A stretch of 64,000 nucleotides of DNA, from positions 186,001 to 250,000 of the forward strand of contig NIVC01000995.1 in NCBI GenBank assembly GCA_002269645.1, written 5' to 3'. The stretch's first letter is position 1. Each line of letters opens with the position of its first letter. The notes beneath the pieces are model-generated. The model searched no databases. It saw nothing but the letters and a program-made list of their open reading frames with translations, and had not been told where the DNA came from. Shown here piece after piece: positions 60,540 through 64,000 of the stretch. Source of the stretch: Macrostomum lignano. Taxonomy: Eukaryota. Position numbers and translations under genes: made by a program.

Positions 60540-60865
60540 TGCCAGTTGAAGCATCGGGAAGGGAGCCAGCTGAAGCAGCAGGAAGAGCCAGCTGAAGCAT
60601 CAGGAAGAGCCAGCTGAAGCATCAGGAAGGGCCAGCTGAAGCAGTAGGAAGAGCCAGCTGAAGCAGTAGGAAGAGCCAGCTGAAGCATCAGGAAGAGCCA
60701 GCTGAAGCATCAGGAAGAGCCAGCTGAAGCATCAGGAAGGGAGCCAGCTGAAGCATCAGAAAGAGCCAGCTGAAGCATCAGGAAGGGCCAGCTGAAGCAT
60801 CAGGAAGAGCCAGCTGAAGCAGTAGGAAGAGCCAGCTGAAGCATCAGCAAGGCCCAGCTGAAGCG
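60540..60865. repeat. 22-bp minisatellite GCCAGCTGAAGCATCAGGAAGA
   Basis: Seen directly. Confidence 0.93.
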
Positions 60866-61576
60866 TCTGCAGGGCTACCCGGGCTACGTTGTGGTCAGAC
60901 GGACAAACAGACGCACCGGATCCTGGCTAGTGGTCTGAGTTTTCATTTTCATCGCGCACAGGTCTGTTTGCCCAGACACCGGGTTTTTAGGCATTGCCCC
61001 GCTCCCGTGGCGATTCAGGGATGTTTAAAATCTGACTGCGTCTTCCCACGTTTAGGCCTTGCCCCCATCCCCGTGGTAAGGGATGAGCCCAGAAAAGGGT
61101 CTGCGAATGCCAGCACTGCGTCAATATCCGTGTGATGGATTTGTAGGCGGTGGAAATGATTGTAAAAAAGCGGTTTGGCTACATCCAGGTGCTAGGTTGA
61201 CGGCGGGTTGGGCGAAAATTCGAGCGCATAGCGGATAAAAAGGAATCTCGTTGCATGATAGCGAGCTACATTGACAAAGTCTGTCACGTGATCAAGCTGT
61301 TCGTTACAAGAGTGTTCGCGCAAAGTTAGCCTATTTTAGTCTTTCTGTAAAATTTCTCAACTGATAGGCGATTTTATGGCTTCCCAACGCAGACTTCGCA
61401 CAAGTTTTTATGAAGTTTAAAAAGTTTTTGCATCGACATTAGCAGAATTTTTCCTGAACTATAATTAATTCGCTTTATTTCGAAAATATAGAAGAAACAG
61501 AAATTCTGACCCTCTAAAAGGTGACCCGGTGTGCAACAAAGAGAGCATCAGAGGGCTGTTATTTTTAATTAACAGT

Positions 61577-61931
61577 AGGGGGCCGTGTGCACCCTGGTGC
61601 ACTTGAAGCGACATTGTCACACAGCCGGCGAGAGGCATTACTGCCCATTCCGCCGACTCCCCTGAGCAGGCACACAAGCGCGCGGATACGTACGGTCATC
61701 GCACAGGCACACACTCACACAGGAGTGTACAGCGGTCCTAATTTTATTTATCGTTAGGCATGTACACTTCACTGTGCCTTGGGGGTTGGCCTTCAAGCTG
61801 GGCGTTAATTGCACAAGCAGAGCCAAGCCGAGATTCCAATTTAGCCCCAAATCAATGTTGACTGCACTTGGAATCGAGTCTGGGCCGCTGGCACACCAGA
61901 GCGCCGCACCAGACCACTGGGCGACGGCCCC
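61577..61931 (-). mobile_element. tRNA-derived SINE (family B)
   Basis: Near-duplicate of 52626-52983. Confidence 0.8.
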
Positions 61932-62216
61932 AGCAGAAGGCTACGCTCGTATAGTTTGTGCAGCTCAGAGGTTGCAATGCATTCAAAACAGGGTGACCAG
62001 CAGCTCCGCTAAAGTTGCCGCCAGCTCACGGTGACTCTTCTGAGGAGTGACGCAAACAGCTTAATCAGTTGCTTGCTAACCGCAGGCAACACTGCTTAAC
62101 TTGCGGCGAGCGAAAAACCATTGACCCGGTTGGGTGAGAAAATGTATCTGTCAAATCAGTTAAAAGCCGCAAATAAAAAACACATTTACTGCCCATATCT
62201 GTAAATAATAAGGCAG

Positions 62217-62365
62217 TCACAGAGAAACGCTGACTTCTGCAGCTCCCCCAGCTGTCAGCGAGTTGCTGACGTCAGCAATTTGATCCGGGCAGGTGCGCAA
62301 TTGGCGAAGCTCTCCGCTTTGAACCTCAACTGCTCGGCGATGCTGCAGGAGCTGTCGCTGTCTGA

Positions 62366-62406
<41 letters not shown>

Positions 62407-63566
62407 GTTGTCGCTGAAACCGCCGGCCGATGGTGACGCCGCCGGCAGCGCAGCAGGCGCAGGAAGGCGCGCCGGAAGTCTCGCATCGAGTGAGCGTAGA
62501 TCACTGGGTTTACGGCGCTGTTGCAGTAGCCCAGCCAGGTCACCACGGCCAGAAGAGATTTCTCATGCGGGCCGAGGCTCAGGCTGAGCGCCAGCAGCGA
62601 GCTGCAGACGAAGAACGGCAGCCAGCAGGCGATGAAGACGCCCATCACAATGCCCAGAGTCTTGGCGGCGCGTCGTTCGCGGGAGAATCTGGCGAACTGC
62701 TTGCGCCGGGTTGCCGAGCCGCCACCGCCGCCGCCGCGGTGATGTTCTACCGCTCCGGCATCGTCTGCAGCGTCGTCGGCGACCTCCTCAGCCAATCCGC
62801 GACCGCCGCCGCCCCGGTGAATTCGAAGCACAACGGTTGCTTGCTCGCCGTGTCCGCGCAGGACTTTGGCGCCGTCGCGCCAGCTGCGGACCAGACGCGC
62901 GGCGGTACGGTAGATTTTGCAATAGACAAACACCATGACTAACAGGGGCGCATAGAAAGACACCAGGGAGGAGCAGATGAGGTAGGCCGGGTCGCTGGTG
63001 AAGCTGCACACGCCGGGCAAGCGGCTGGTCGGGCTGGTGACTCGCCACCAAGCGATGGCGGGGAAGCTGATGAGGCTGGAGCAAAGCCACACGGCTGCGA
63101 TCATTGCCACGCAGCGGCGCTTGGTAACGCGGCTGGGATAGCGCATCGGGTTGCGCACGGCCCAGTAGCGCTCCAGCGCGATCATGCACAGGTTGAGGAT
63201 GCTGGCCGTAGAGCTCAGCACGTCGAATGCGTGCCAAAGATCGCACCAGGTCGGTCCGAACAGCCAGCGCTCGCGGGTGGCCTGGGCGATGGCCGCGAAT
63301 GGCATCACGACTGCGCCCATGAGCAGGTCGGCGGTTGCTAGGGAAACTATTAAGTAGTTAGTAACGGTCCTGAGACAGGGCTCGCTGAGCACTGCCAGCA
63401 TCACTAGGCCGTTGCCTAGCACTGTGCCGCAGGCTAGCAGTGCGAGCAGGCAGCCAATCAGGGCGTCCTCCGGCTGAACTTCTAGCAGTCCGTAAGCGGC
63501 GCTGCTGGCGTTTTCAACTCCGACGCTTGAGTTCATGGGAGCCTCCTGTATCGCTTGGCTCATCAT
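62217..63566 (-). CDS. Dop1R2: Invertebrate-type D1-like dopamine receptor (Dop1R2/INDR-like), intronless class A GPCR, ~449 aa
   Basis: GNGLV, LATADLL..VVMPF, WCDLW..FDVLSSTASILNLC..ALERYWA, WLCSSLISFPAIAWWR, SSLVSFY.PL.VM.FVYCKIYR.A, LRIHRGG, ERRAAKTLGIVMGVF..CWLPFF and LGYCNSAVNPVIY closely follow Dop1R2 as I recall it. The start codon choice (63566, 63563 or 63536) is uncertain. Confidence 0.9.
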
Positions 63567-64000
63567 AACTTGAAGCTTTTCAGTTTTTGTATCGTCCTTG
63601 TAAGAATATTTTCTGGCCCAGAAGCGAGGCCCAAATGTTATAGTGACGGAGAAAGCGCTCTCAGCCAATCAGGATCTGCCTGCTGGGGGGATTTCTGTCC
63701 CATTGTGGCTTCAGCTTGTTCTTTGCTGCAGATTTTTGACGTTCCTTTTCTACCAAGTTGGGTTTGATTTTTTGGTAAATATTTTGTTAATTCTGGGAAT
63801 CAGAAATGTTCAGGGAATGGGACGGACGCGGGGTTGTCTGTGTAGAAATTGCCATGTTTAGAATCTGGACAAATAAACAGGCACGAAATGCACTGTGGCC
63901 AGCGATAGACCAGAGCCAGAGGGGATAAATTGGAGGACAGTGACTGCAGGAATTTGTTTAAATGGTCCATCTTAAATCGTACCGCAACAAGTTACTAATC

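Overview
Eukaryotic (animal) genomic DNA, with GC-rich exons in AT-rich introns that are packed with minisatellites. The style suggests a free-living flatworm such as Macrostomum, but that is inference only. I built spliced models by hand for nine host genes: CEP170-like FHA protein (-), ChaC gamma-glutamylcyclotransferase (-), an ectodomain-less family-B-like 7TM receptor (+), a violaxanthin de-epoxidase (VDE)-like Cys-rich/lipocalin protein with a signal peptide and C-terminal ADEL (-), CTD small phosphatase (-), an orphan 183-aa membrane protein (+), a divergent tetraspanin (-), a Dpr-like two-Ig protein with a GPI-type tail (-) and a Dop1R2-like dopamine receptor (-). Mobile DNA comprises two mariner elements (one intact), an internally deleted Crypton tyrosine-recombinase element, a long-TIR Tc1/IS630-like element, decayed RTE-like LINE pieces, two tRNA-derived SINE families and a CCA-bearing tRNA-Lys pseudogene. 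About 20 distinct tandem arrays cover roughly 29% of the window and generate most of the long ORFs in the track, which are artefacts. Best leads: (1) the animal VDE-like gene; (2) an immediate-early-type promoter module (TATA, 2 CArG, MEF2, 4 AP-1) inside a TIR transposon and pointing at the tetraspanin gene; (3) minisatellites anchored at splice donors, one of which can be spliced in-frame into CEP170; (4) the mini-Crypton with hairpin ends. All family assignments come from remembered motifs, not database searches.
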